From Candidatus Cloacimonadales bacterium (lineage in GTDB: Bacteria > Cloacimonadota > Cloacimonadia > Cloacimonadales > JAIOQZ01), in contig OY762463.1 in NCBI GenBank assembly GCA_963665815.1, positions 917,469 to 981,468 on the forward strand: a stretch of DNA of 64,000 bases, given 5' to 3'. Positions 10,801 through 18,415 of this stretch are shown here, piece by piece. Position numbers and translations under genes: made by a program. The first letter of the stretch is position 1, and every line of letters starts with the position of its first letter. Below the pieces are notes generated by a model. That model saw nothing but the letters and a program-made list of their open reading frames with translations, had not been told where the DNA came from and made no database searches.

Positions 10801-12537
10801 GTTTTCACGATGAAAGAAAATGCTCAACTATTCTCAAATTTCGACTTTGTTCTGGAAAAAACCTTCCGTAAAAACCCTGAAGTTCAATACCTTACTGGTA
10901 TATCAACAAATCCCGATAGTTTTAATTTCTATGAGAAATATATCAAAAAAGAAGGAGGAGACAAGTCTGATCATGATTTTTCTTATGATGTTTACAACCA
11001 TTTTAAAGGAGAGGAAGTTTCTGAATTATTCCTCACAAGTATCCCTGAATTCTTTGCATTCAGGAAAGATGCAGTATCCGTACGAGAAGTATTCAGCAGC
11101 AGGAAAATATCAATAGCATTATCACTCCTATACCATGAAAGCAATATGACCAGCATAATGAAATACTGGAATCAGAGAGACAAGATTCCTCCAAAAGAAT
11201 TTCTGGAGAGTATGCTGGATGTGCTTACATATTACATAATGCCTGATCTTGCACAATACATTGTAGACGAATATGTCAGAGGTCATATTGACGAAGCATT
11301 AATGTTTAAAGCCCTCCCTCTTGCATTGAGTGGTAGATACTATGACATAAATTATAAAAAACATCTGATAAATGTAGTTAAAAATGAACCTATCAGAAAA
11401 ACGCTGCAGAGCGACCTTGATCTGATTTCCCGAATTGGAGGAAAAAGGAAAAGCAACACCAGCCTGAAAAATGGCTTTTCTGGCAAGAAAGCGCTCTTCT
11501 ATTTCTTCAAGAACGTCCATATACCAATCCTTGAACCTGTTTACAGGAAACTAAAGGAATTACACCCCGAAATCGAAATCGGCTTCAGCATAATGGAATA
11601 TGCTCCTCAGATCAGAGCAGGTTTTACTCCATCCGAAAGAGAATACATTGTCGGAATGGGTGAAAGAGTATATGCATCACCACAGGCATTCAAGCCTGAT
11701 ATAACTTTCATTGCAGATTCGATTTACCCGATTGTGAAAGGCTGCGGCAAAATTGTCAATATCGGTCATGGTGTTCTCTCAAAGGGACAATACTACACCG
11801 ATACTCCTGTTGCAAGAAGAGAAGAAGAAGCCGACCTGGTATGCGTCCCGGGTAAGTTCCATGAAGACATAATGAGAAAGATCATCTCTACTCCGGTTAA
11901 AGCAACTGGTATGGCTAAACTTGATCCTGTTTTCTCCGGTGAAATAACTCGAGAATCAGTTATCAATAAATACGGACTTCCGGCAGACAAAAAATATATT
12001 CTTTTCGCTCCCACATTTAATGATGAACTATCTGCTCTACCCTATCTGGCAGACAGAATTAATGAAGTCATACCTGACGACAATACAATCATGATTGTGA
12101 AGCTGCATGGATCAACAGCAGAGCATTACAAACATACCATTAGAGAATTGGTCAGCAGGGACATTAGAATTGTCTTTGCCGAAGCTGACGAGTATGATAT
12201 TACACCTTTTATGGCTCTGGCTGATGTTCTTATCTCAGATTTTTCTTCTGCTATGATGGAATTCGCAGCTCTTGATAAACCAGTCGTATTGTTCAATAAT
12301 CCTAAATGGAGAAATTACAAGTATTTCAACCCGAATGATATTGGCTTCAAATGGCGTGATATCGGAATTGAAGTGAAATCGATTGAAGAGACTAAATATG
12401 CTGTAGAACAATGTTTTGCATCTCCTGAATTCAAGTCAGACATCAGAAAGAAATATACAGATCAATTATTCGCAAATAAATATGGCAGATCAGCTGCTGA
12501 AGCTATAATCAATGAGTCACTAACCCTGCTCAATTAA
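4849..12537 (+). CDS. Giant (2,562 aa) multi-modular glycan-assembly enzyme (methyltransferase + several glycosyltransferases + two TagF-like phosphotransferase modules)
   Basis: Uninterrupted 7,689-nt ORF in an AT-rich genome. AGGAG lies 6 nt upstream of ATG. The module motifs are listed as separate features below. Confidence 0.9.
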   Translation: MLQKDDPKVIMISPDTIRYAMIEEFQINEYTGEVLDGDWDRKIQKFDDRIDFYESFKMRLKDIPWQETPYFERVMREINQGYEKWGCTTEEQFLNRCIRLEGIYLNMKENGYIQNPDKDYAAVNIGRDGEIIFNNGRHRICFAKILNIPEIPVKITVRHSEWNQFREKVLTYASKHNGVVYAPLKHPDLKDIPSLHAGRFPYIKKHINPDSKTVLDIGTHWGYMCSKLEEECGKECFAIENGKGTFYYLEKIRKANEQNYHTIFANIFDFTRKYNKFDTVLALAIFHHFIKTPELHQELVDMLNRLEMKEMFLQAHRTDEPQMQGVYRNYSPDEFAQFIVDNSCLTHYKEICDFEGRKLFHIYKKETVQIGRKSFKGLGGLTIKTHREAPVKESQKLPPSKKVMFLGFVNGSYPQILNKIYNKYKAFKKIHNNTELLLIGKGDDKLPADLPFKYYDIRKIMPKANFLQTMQLSVSIVNSLIDEMKPDYIYMRYPLANEHTVSFVKKHKNLIVEFQTKQFEEFEKSSPKLLNLEKQYCKEFLSNIDTISAVTKEIADYEKNISGKNIPTFIFTNGVDVSSRPENDVLQEDIIHIAYVSMYAQYWQGIDRILYGISNSNAKNIKLHFIGNVTDDVRSMINQLGLNNIVELHGVMDEKGIDSILQKCSVGIGAMAVHRKGLKEAAAIKLRDYCSRGIPFVYSGDDSDFSTNLPFVHQYPLNDEPLDFSHIIKLAKEHNNSESRKKIRDYALSHLDWNVKAEKIMSFLYSLDSGEPIVDSADEYNTLRKLATNLKADKGNLEITKQLIAEMLRKKDEKITSGPLVSVVIPYYMQPETIVETLLSVYNQSYRNFEVILVNDGDTKEVEDVVNNNAQLFPDLNLKYFRKENEGLAATRNFGISKAEGKYVLPLDSDDMLASDFLKETVNYLEQHKDIDFVFTETLFYGAKNEIWAFRDFDPSYLIKRNMMTCTTLFRKEVWVQTGGYRTNMKHGYEDWDFWITASENGFKGGNIHLPLFLYRRKKDSMLENRVKYDHIAKAQIVKNHPNIFIQNHPQEEQLLKEKIGLIPEALQKKPSGEEPEQNRNSFSYPDMSNIKQELSARNLTPSNQMLSGSKPRILFVCHNFPPHKYGGAQLYAMHLAKKINELGIADVEILYPLFRGEIRQFGLIETEFEGLKVFQLAKDFSKGFELAVRHPYVEKVFDKFLSMRHYDAIHFHGLGQLTPVPIEVAYKKGIKTVMTFHEHWFLCFFWFLMSNRDSEICSGPESIDKCTKCVLQKYQSIPDIRKNYNDVRHFIASRFEYYKMMFDIIDYKFAPSQYLINKFEEYDFRGIQVNNLGMEPMEYVAKKKHSGIRFGIIGQISPRKGTDILLRAFQSLSKSEKDKLHVHGKCYFEGYMNMILQMISTTTGAEYQGAYTPEDLPHILSEIDVLIVPSLWENYPLVVQEAFLCKVPVITSNTGGFPEVVKHGTNGLLFKAGSYIDLAEKMQYILDNPNKVLEFSNNIKPVKTLTEDAEYYTSLYKKKIERCNDTKFSAAHVNSISPEKRELKNLTVQFYMQKSVHWPIYENLYEHVKLQPEVDKIVFCIPRLTEVVNSGYYDEISRLIDKVDEVVMHPADANADVTFIASTVQGKVWNCGKVVSIGHGTISKGFFFSDNVWVHRENWVDLLCVPGNYAYQLYKKILSTNIAATGMPKLDSAFNKDYDKSYLCQKYNLDPNKKIVLYAPTFNTNLSSVYNFAERFHELDQMGFYTLVKLHGTTLPRMFSHYRALGANFSNIVFVEESNLAYLLAGSDIMISDVSSAFMEFMALDKPVILYNNPERFQYHGFHETDIEWAWRDLGTQINSFDELLRILPGILRNGDGKSAIRKKYAETLLADLEGKASERVWNAVREVLPAESTVDVSLLSFVIVVTDDNWIVTRTQIQACDKYFRVPMEIVVVRNGVSDETAKSMQYLIDYHEYINFRLIDIDETSWHNAFERGVEDTSGNIVFTMKENAQLFSNFDFVLEKTFRKNPEVQYLTGISTNPDSFNFYEKYIKKEGGDKSDHDFSYDVYNHFKGEEVSELFLTSIPEFFAFRKDAVSVREVFSSRKISIALSLLYHESNMTSIMKYWNQRDKIPPKEFLESMLDVLTYYIMPDLAQYIVDEYVRGHIDEALMFKALPLALSGRYYDINYKKHLINVVKNEPIRKTLQSDLDLISRIGGKRKSNTSLKNGFSGKKALFYFFKNVHIPILEPVYRKLKELHPEIEIGFSIMEYAPQIRAGFTPSEREYIVGMGERVYASPQAFKPDITFIADSIYPIVKGCGKIVNIGHGVLSKGQYYTDTPVARREEEADLVCVPGKFHEDIMRKIISTPVKATGMAKLDPVFSGEITRESVINKYGLPADKKYILFAPTFNDELSALPYLADRINEVIPDDNTIMIVKLHGSTAEHYKHTIRELVSRDIRIVFAEADEYDITPFMALADVLISDFSSAMMEFAALDKPVVLFNNPKWRNYKYFNPNDIGFKWRDIGIEVKSIEETKYAVEQCFASPEFKSDIRKKYTDQLFANKYGRSAAEAIINESLTLLN
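4876..5343 (+). other. Module 1 of giant ORF: ParB/sulfiredoxin-fold-like domain
   Basis: VNIGRDGEIIFNNGRHRICFAKILNIPEIPVKI resembles the ParB-N pattern (x-DGhHR-x-A-x-LG-x-IPV). GRHR is encoded at 5254-5265. Confidence 0.45.
5446..5943 (+). other. Module 2: class I SAM-dependent methyltransferase
   Basis: Motif I VLDIGTHWGY (5488-5517), followed by the acidic-loop CFAIEN and FDTVLALAIFHHF (motif III-like). Confidence 0.7.
6046..7158 (+). other. Module 3: GT-B-like (group-1-type) glycosyltransferase region, weakest assignment
   Basis: Rossmann-like alternation. IHIAYVSMYAQYWQGIDRIL, IKLHFIGN and KGLKEAAAIKLRDYCSRGIPFVYSGDD resemble the donor-binding half of GT-B enzymes. Confidence 0.4.
7300..7968 (+). 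other. Module 4: family-2 (GT-A) glycosyltransferase
   Basis: VSVVIPYYMQPETIVETLLSVYNQSYRNFEVILVNDGD (from 7309). DxD-type DSDD at 7570-7581. YEDWDFWI. Confidence 0.85.
8176..9378 (+). other. Module 5: family-4 (GT-B) glycosyltransferase
   Basis: PRILFVCHNFPPHKYGGAQ (from 8182). EX7E motif with E codons at 9148 and 9172 (SLWENYPLVVQEAF). GGFPEVVKHGTNGLLF. Confidence 0.85.
9475..10518 (+). other. Module 6: TagF-like CDP-alditol (glycerol/ribitol) phosphotransferase #1
   Basis: SIGHGTISKG (His codon 9766), KKIVLYAPTFN (Y at 10003), VKLHGTT, MISDVSSAFMEFMALDKPVILYN (from 10225). These are hallmarks of the Glyphos_transf family. Confidence 0.75.
10546..11118 (+). other. Module 7: degenerate GT-A-like insert
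   Basis: SFVIVVTDDNW...MEIVVVRNGVSDET follows the GT2 N-terminal pattern. The DxD position reads GNIVFTMKENA, so no acidic pair is present. Confidence 0.4.
11485..12534 (+). other. Module 8: TagF-like CDP-alditol phosphotransferase #2 (paralogous to module 6)
   Basis: NIGHGVLSKG (His codon 11767), KKYILFAPTFN (F at 12004), VKLHGST, LISDFSSAMMEFAALDKPVVLFN (from 12235). Colinear with module 6. Confidence 0.75.
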
Positions 12538-12551
12538 TAAAGGATGCTGAT

Positions 12552-13580
12552 ATGGTTAAATTTTTAGTGCTGGCAACCCAGAGATCCGGAACAGTCTTTC
12601 TGGAATCCATCCTTAACAGTCACCCTGACATTTACTGTACAGGTGAAAGACTTCTTTATAACAATGTAAACTCTTTTATTGATTACTGGGAAGAGAAGGT
12701 TAAAGAAAATAAAATCAACCTGACCCCAAAGTATTCATCAAAAGTACTATATGATTTTATGGATGAGTACTTTAATGCTCGAACAGAAAAAGCTGTTGGA
12801 TTTGATATTAAATACAATCAGTACTTTACAATTGCGAACATGCATTCTGTTTTGCAGAAACACAATATAAAAATTATTCATCTGGTAAGAGAAAACATCC
12901 TTAAGACTCTGATTTCACTCAGGTTAAATGTAATGCAAAGAGAACTACACAGGAAATCTCACACAAAAGAAAAAGTCAAAGCAGTGAAAATCCGACTCGA
13001 AACCGGAAATAAACTGATTAAAGAACTGAATCGCAGAGATGAGCAGATTCAATATTTCAAACAGCTCTTGAGTAGTTATTTTCCATATCTTGAGCTTCAT
13101 TATGAAAAGTTCTTCCCTGAGAATCAGGGAGAGGCTCAGACTATACGTCCTGAAATCCTCAGCAGTGTAACAGAATTTCTGGAAGTCGATCTGGGTGAAA
13201 ACAAAATGTCTACACCATACCGTAAGACCAATCCCGTAGGATTAAGAGATCTTCTTGAAAACTATGATGAAGTATATAATACTCTCATTAACACCAGATT
13301 TGCCCATCTCCTAAATGAATCTGTTCCCAATGATAATTTTGTAAACAGGATTAATCAGGGAGAAAAGCTGTTTTCAGAAAATAGAATACAAGAAGCTCTT
13401 GACTCTTTCTACAAAATGTTCGAGACTTATCCGGAAAATGCCAGATTATGTAACAATATCGCAGTATGTTACTGGCAGCTGCATAATAATCAAAAAGCTG
13501 AGGAGTTCATGAAACACGCTATCCGTATTGAGCCTGAAAATCCTCAATACAGGCAAAACCTGCAAGATATGAAAATATGA
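12552..13580 (+). CDS. Sulfotransferase-family protein with C-terminal TPR repeats
   Basis: N-terminal PAPS-binding-loop-like LATQRSGTVFLESILNSHPDI. IIHLVRENILKTLIS (3-prime PB-like). C-terminal TPRs (NARLCNNIAVCYWQLHNNQKAEEFMKHAIRIEPENPQY). Confidence 0.65.
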   Translation: MVKFLVLATQRSGTVFLESILNSHPDIYCTGERLLYNNVNSFIDYWEEKVKENKINLTPKYSSKVLYDFMDEYFNARTEKAVGFDIKYNQYFTIANMHSVLQKHNIKIIHLVRENILKTLISLRLNVMQRELHRKSHTKEKVKAVKIRLETGNKLIKELNRRDEQIQYFKQLLSSYFPYLELHYEKFFPENQGEAQTIRPEILSSVTEFLEVDLGENKMSTPYRKTNPVGLRDLLENYDEVYNTLINTRFAHLLNESVPNDNFVNRINQGEKLFSENRIQEALDSFYKMFETYPENARLCNNIAVCYWQLHNNQKAEEFMKHAIRIEPENPQYRQNLQDMKI

Positions 13581-14701
13581 GACTACTTATTCTGAATTAT
13601 GAATATCCTCCTATTGGTGGAGGTGCTGCAATGCAGACAAAACTGCTTGCTGAGAAATTTGCAGAACGTGGTCATAAAGTAACTGTGATTACTTCTCACT
13701 TCAAGAACCTGCCATGGATAGAGCTGAAAGAAAACTTGCAGATTATCAGAGTACCGGCAGGACGTAAAAGAGCCGACCGCAGCACAATGCCAGAGATGCT
13801 TATGTATCTGATGATGGCGAAACTCGTCTATCTGTATCAGTTAGTCTTTAACAGACCTGTCGCTGTACTGAACTTTTTTCTTATGCCAACCGGAGCATTG
13901 GGATTCCTTTGCAAGATGTTGTTCAGAATACCCTTTATTGTATTGTTGAGAGGAGCTGATGTTCATGGATTCATTGTTCCGGAACACAGACGTAAACTTA
14001 AGTACTTCAAACCTTTTTCAACATTTCTGGCACATTATGCTGATAAACTTGTTGCCGTCAGCAGAGATCTTGCTGATATGGCAGAAGATATATTTAATGT
14101 AAAAAACGTAAATGTTATAGAAAACTCAGTTCCTTTATGCCATGGAGAGCGAAAAATACCATCCGAATTTACCAGATTCCTTTTTGTTGGTAGACTTTCT
14201 CTGGAAAAAAGTATTGATGATATAATAACAGCATTCTCAAAAACCGAAAACAGCGTTCTGGAAATACTGGGTGACGGACATATGAGAGAGAGTCTGGAAA
14301 GACTTGTTCATAAGCTGAGGATTGAGGACAGAGTCAACTTTCATGGCTGGGTTTCCCGAGAAGAAGTAAACAGCTGGATGTTAAAATCTCATTGTCTCGT
14401 ACTCTACTCCAGAGTAGAAGGCATGTCGATGTCCGGGTTAACTGCTTTCAGCAGCGGTTTGCCAATTATTGGAAGCAATGCAGCCGGAATGAGAAATTTC
14501 GTGATTGACAAAGTGAATGGCTTCATAGTTGAATTGGGTAACCCTGATGCACTCGCAGAGCTGATGATAGAAATCACCGAGAAAAAGTATAATCTTGAGG
14601 AAATGAGTGCAAATTGTCGCAGAATCGTTGAGGAAAAGTACTCAGTTGATAAAGCTGCTGATAAATATCTTACTCTGATAAATCAGATGATTGGGAGATA
14701 A
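13577..14701 (+). CDS. Glycosyltransferase family 4
   Basis: MRLLILNYEYPPIGGGAAMQTKLLAEKFAERGHKVTVITS. C-terminal SRVEGMSMSGLTAFSSGLPIIGSN. 4-nt overlap with the upstream gene. Confidence 0.85.
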   Translation: MRLLILNYEYPPIGGGAAMQTKLLAEKFAERGHKVTVITSHFKNLPWIELKENLQIIRVPAGRKRADRSTMPEMLMYLMMAKLVYLYQLVFNRPVAVLNFFLMPTGALGFLCKMLFRIPFIVLLRGADVHGFIVPEHRRKLKYFKPFSTFLAHYADKLVAVSRDLADMAEDIFNVKNVNVIENSVPLCHGERKIPSEFTRFLFVGRLSLEKSIDDIITAFSKTENSVLEILGDGHMRESLERLVHKLRIEDRVNFHGWVSREEVNSWMLKSHCLVLYSRVEGMSMSGLTAFSSGLPIIGSNAAGMRNFVIDKVNGFIVELGNPDALAELMIEITEKKYNLEEMSANCRRIVEEKYSVDKAADKYLTLINQMIGR

Positions 14702-14702
14702 A

Positions 14703-16544
14703 ATGAAAATAGATACCGCCGCTGAAAAACTGAAAGAGAAGATTTTAAATCTGGATATAAATTCCCTGAATGCATCAGATTACTTTAAAAACTACCTGAG
14801 ATCTTATCAGGATGATATTGATGCCGTAATTCCGCGTTATGTACGGATTTTGAAAGAATCACTTAAAGGTCATAGACGTTCATGTACAGCCTTTCTGGAC
14901 TATGGTGGAGGAAGCGGATTCCTGACGATGCTTGCCAAGCTGTCAGGTATCCACAGAGTAGTATATATGGATATCTCTGAGGAAATCCGCAATGGGGCGG
15001 CAGAACTTTCTTCCGTGCTGAGTATACCTGTTGACGCTTATTATACCGGCACCTATGAGAGTTTGGAGATCGATGAGAAGTTTGATGTTATAGCTAACTA
15101 TGACGTACTTGAACATGTCTATGATCCGTTTAAGGCATTTAAAGCTTTATCTGAGCTGCTTACTGTAAATGGTACAATATACATGGCTTCCGGAAGTAAC
15201 ACTTACCATCCTGTAATCTACTGGATGATGACAAAGAAGCACGAAATATCTGAATATTCAGGCACGGTATCCGGTAAAAAAATGGACGCCAAAGAACCTT
15301 TCTTTGAGATTAGAAAAACAATAATTAAAACAAATTTTCCATCTCTTTGTGAAGATGAAATTTCAAAGCTGGCAGAGAAAACCAGAGGTTTCAGAGAAGA
15401 AGATATCATCTCTATTGTTGATATGTATACTAAATCCGATTTGATGCCATTAAAAGTGCATAAAAACAATACCTGTGATCCATATACAGGAAACTGGGAT
15501 GAAAACCTGATATCCTATTTCAGTCTGGCGCGCAAACTCAGAACGCTTTTTAAGAGAGTTGAAATTCTCCCGGGATACTATCCTGAAGTAGACGCGGAGT
15601 TCAAGCGAACTCCGGATGTTAAGGATAAAAACATTATAAACAAAGTTTATCCATATCTCAGCTACCTGTCTGTAAAGCTTGCTCCGTTTCTAAATTCCCT
15701 GATAAGACTTCTTCCGGGAAATTCGAAGTTTACTGTTGCACCATATTATGTCATTAAAGCCTCTTATAAAAAGAACCATGCTGATGATTCTACCCAAAAA
15801 ATAGCAGAAATTTATGATAAATGGGATGCTTGGAATGAAGATGTAAAGCCCATGGATATAACTCTACCATACACTCCGGGAATTTCATTGAAGAAAGTCG
15901 TGGAATTTCTTGATAAGAAGAAGTTTTCAAAAGAATCGGCTATACTTGATGCAGGTTGCGGCAATGGAAATGCTGTTTTAACAATGAAGAATATGGGCTA
16001 CAATCCGGAAGCGTGCGATATATCGAAGCAGGCATCCGTTGTACTGAACAACTTTAAGCAGGGAAGTGTTACCGACTTACCATACAATGATGAAAACTTT
16101 GATCTGGTTTACTCACTTTCTGTTCTACACCATCTGGATGATATAGAGCAGGGACTTCGGGAATTTGCCCGAGTACTGAAAACAGGTGGTTACTTCATTG
16201 CTTCCTTCCATACCAGAAATTCTCTTTACTATCTGGAAACACTTGTTAAAAGAAAACTATTTCCGAAGAAGTTTAAACATTACGATTATGTGACTTTCTC
16301 TACCGTTTCGGAACTCCTTGATATGTTCCGTAAAAATGGTTTTGCCGTTGAAAGTTTTGATGGAATTCATCCTTTCTGGCTGATTAACAAGTTTATAGAG
16401 ATAAGCGAGTTTCTTAAAAGAAAAGGTATTGTAAATTCTAACCCCTTTGTTAAGCTCGAAAAAATACTGTCCGGACTTATTCCACAAAGAATGAAAACCG
16501 AAATTTCTTATCACGCCATATTTGTATGTAAAAAGGTGAAATAA
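14703..16544 (+). CDS. Tandem double class I SAM-dependent methyltransferase
   Basis: The track start 14691 is TTG. ATG 14703 is preferred (GGGAGA 4 nt upstream). Two motif-I copies are present: FLDYGGGSGFL and ILDAGCGNGNAV, followed by FDLVYSLSVLHHL. Confidence 0.8.
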   Translation: MKIDTAAEKLKEKILNLDINSLNASDYFKNYLRSYQDDIDAVIPRYVRILKESLKGHRRSCTAFLDYGGGSGFLTMLAKLSGIHRVVYMDISEEIRNGAAELSSVLSIPVDAYYTGTYESLEIDEKFDVIANYDVLEHVYDPFKAFKALSELLTVNGTIYMASGSNTYHPVIYWMMTKKHEISEYSGTVSGKKMDAKEPFFEIRKTIIKTNFPSLCEDEISKLAEKTRGFREEDIISIVDMYTKSDLMPLKVHKNNTCDPYTGNWDENLISYFSLARKLRTLFKRVEILPGYYPEVDAEFKRTPDVKDKNIINKVYPYLSYLSVKLAPFLNSLIRLLPGNSKFTVAPYYVIKASYKKNHADDSTQKIAEIYDKWDAWNEDVKPMDITLPYTPGISLKKVVEFLDKKKFSKESAILDAGCGNGNAVLTMKNMGYNPEACDISKQASVVLNNFKQGSVTDLPYNDENFDLVYSLSVLHHLDDIEQGLREFARVLKTGGYFIASFHTRNSLYYLETLVKRKLFPKKFKHYDYVTFSTVSELLDMFRKNGFAVESFDGIHPFWLINKFIEISEFLKRKGIVNSNPFVKLEKILSGLIPQRMKTEISYHAIFVCKKVK

Positions 16545-16545
16545 G

Positions 16546-17763
16546 ATGGGAAAAAAGTTTTTGATTACTGGAGTATCCCTAAGGAGTAAAGGCGGTTCTG
16601 CCATGGTACAGGCTGCCTGTAATCTCATAGGTAAACAGCATAACTACAGTGTTCTCAGTTTCTATCCGGAGCTGGATAAGGCTGCAATATCAAGTATTCG
16701 GGATACCCACAGAATCAATGTAATATCCTATTCAACTTCATTAGGCAGAAAAATAGCTTTTAAATTAGAAGCATTATTGATGCTGCTTGATTACATATTT
16801 GGTTATATCTCAGGGAATAAGCTTCTTGTTAAACTCAGCAGATACAGTAGAGAGATTTCAAATGTAAACGGAATTCTGGAGATTCACGGAATAGCTTTTT
16901 CGGATTACTATGGATTTAATGATGCTCTTACTTCATTTCTGAAAATGAAAATTGCCAAATTCAGTAAAACACCTTTTTTCTGCTTACCTCAGTCCTATGG
17001 TCCCATATCGTCTAATCTGAACAGAAAATTAGCTGAATATGCCCTTGAAAGTACGGAGTTAGTCCTTCCAAGAGGAATGAAATCACTGAAACTCGTTGAA
17101 GAGTTCAGATTGAATAATCCACATGTGGAATTCATGCCAGACCTAGCTTTTGCATTTAATAATCCACTTGAAGAAAACACACTTAATTTACTGAATAAAT
17201 TAAATATAGACAAGCACAGTAAATACGCTGCAATAATTCCAAACATACTTTTTCTGAGATGGGGATTTCCGGAAACTGTTACTTATTATGCTGAGATCAT
17301 CGACCATTTTCATAATAAATACGGATATAAATTGATCCTGATTCCACATCAGTATAATGACGCTGGAACAGACGACAGAACATTCAATCAGGAGATATAC
17401 AATAAAGTATCTGACAAAAGCTGCCTGATTAAAATAGATGATATGCTGACAGCCAATGAGATAAAGTCACTGATTTCAGTTTGTGATTTCACATTGTGCT
17501 CAAGATTCCATGGTATGATCTCATCTCTGAAAATGGGAGTTGAACCGTTTGTAATCAGCTGGGCAGAGAAATATCATGAGATCATGGATTTGTATGGTCT
17601 CATTGAAAACGTTCAGGACCATAAGCAAGTAAATGTTAAAAACTTTATTGATAGAATAGAATCGCGTCTCAAAGTTGAATCAAAAGAACAGATAATGACT
17701 AAGAATGAGGAGTTTATGAAAACACTCAAGGAACTCCGGGAATACCTACGTACGAGGTGTTAA
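16546..17763 (+). CDS. Polysaccharide pyruvyl transferase family protein (WcaK/CsaB-like)
   Basis: PQSYGPI and CSRFHGMISSLKMGVEPFVISWAEKYHEI match the conserved R-x-H-G/A...G-V-P block of PS_pyruv_trans proteins. Confidence 0.7.
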   Translation: MGKKFLITGVSLRSKGGSAMVQAACNLIGKQHNYSVLSFYPELDKAAISSIRDTHRINVISYSTSLGRKIAFKLEALLMLLDYIFGYISGNKLLVKLSRYSREISNVNGILEIHGIAFSDYYGFNDALTSFLKMKIAKFSKTPFFCLPQSYGPISSNLNRKLAEYALESTELVLPRGMKSLKLVEEFRLNNPHVEFMPDLAFAFNNPLEENTLNLLNKLNIDKHSKYAAIIPNILFLRWGFPETVTYYAEIIDHFHNKYGYKLILIPHQYNDAGTDDRTFNQEIYNKVSDKSCLIKIDDMLTANEIKSLISVCDFTLCSRFHGMISSLKMGVEPFVISWAEKYHEIMDLYGLIENVQDHKQVNVKNFIDRIESRLKVESKEQIMTKNEEFMKTLKELREYLRTRC

Positions 17764-17764
17764 A

Positions 17765-18415
17765 TTGCTGAAAAAACTATCTCAATATATAGCAAGAAAA
17801 AGATTCAGAAATCACATTATCCAACCCTGGACAAGTTCTGAGTTCAAAGAGCAGCTTGTCAGAGCAAGATCAAGACTGGACAATGAGAGAAACCATATTC
17901 TCCGAGAATTCCTGCAGCATGCTTTAAAACAACAGGGAGATGTCGCTGAATTCGGTGTATACAAAGGTGGAACAGCCTGGCTTATGGCTGAGATTATGCA
18001 AAAGACAGATAAAAAGCTGCACCTTTATGATACGTTTGAAGGTTCCCCTGAAAAATCGGGAAATGATGTTGGTGAAAGAAAGGTCTTTTATCGTGATGTT
18101 AGCCTGAAAGAATTGAAAGATCAATTTCATACATTCAGCTTTGTTAATTTCCATGCAGGACTTTTGCCGGACTCAATCGGATCAGCGGATTTTACTCAAT
18201 TATGCTTTGCCCACCTGCATCTGAATCTTCATGAAGGCACCAGAGGTACTCTTGATTATATTTTCAGTAAAGTGGTTGATAAAGGAATCATTCTTATTGA
18301 AGATTATGGGATTATTGAATGCTCAGGTGTCAGAAAAGCTGTAGATGAGTTCTGTGAGTCGAATGAACTAAAACTAATCTATCTTCCAACATGTCAGGGA
18401 GTTATAATAAAATGA
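17765..18415 (+). CDS. TylF/MycF-family O-methyltransferase
   Basis: GDVAEFGVYKGGTAWLMAEIM and LHLYDTFEGSPE are family hallmarks. TTG start 1 nt after the upstream stop; no nearby in-frame ATG. Confidence 0.7.
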   Translation: MLKKLSQYIARKRFRNHIIQPWTSSEFKEQLVRARSRLDNERNHILREFLQHALKQQGDVAEFGVYKGGTAWLMAEIMQKTDKKLHLYDTFEGSPEKSGNDVGERKVFYRDVSLKELKDQFHTFSFVNFHAGLLPDSIGSADFTQLCFAHLHLNLHEGTRGTLDYIFSKVVDKGIILIEDYGIIECSGVRKAVDEFCESNELKLIYLPTCQGVIIK

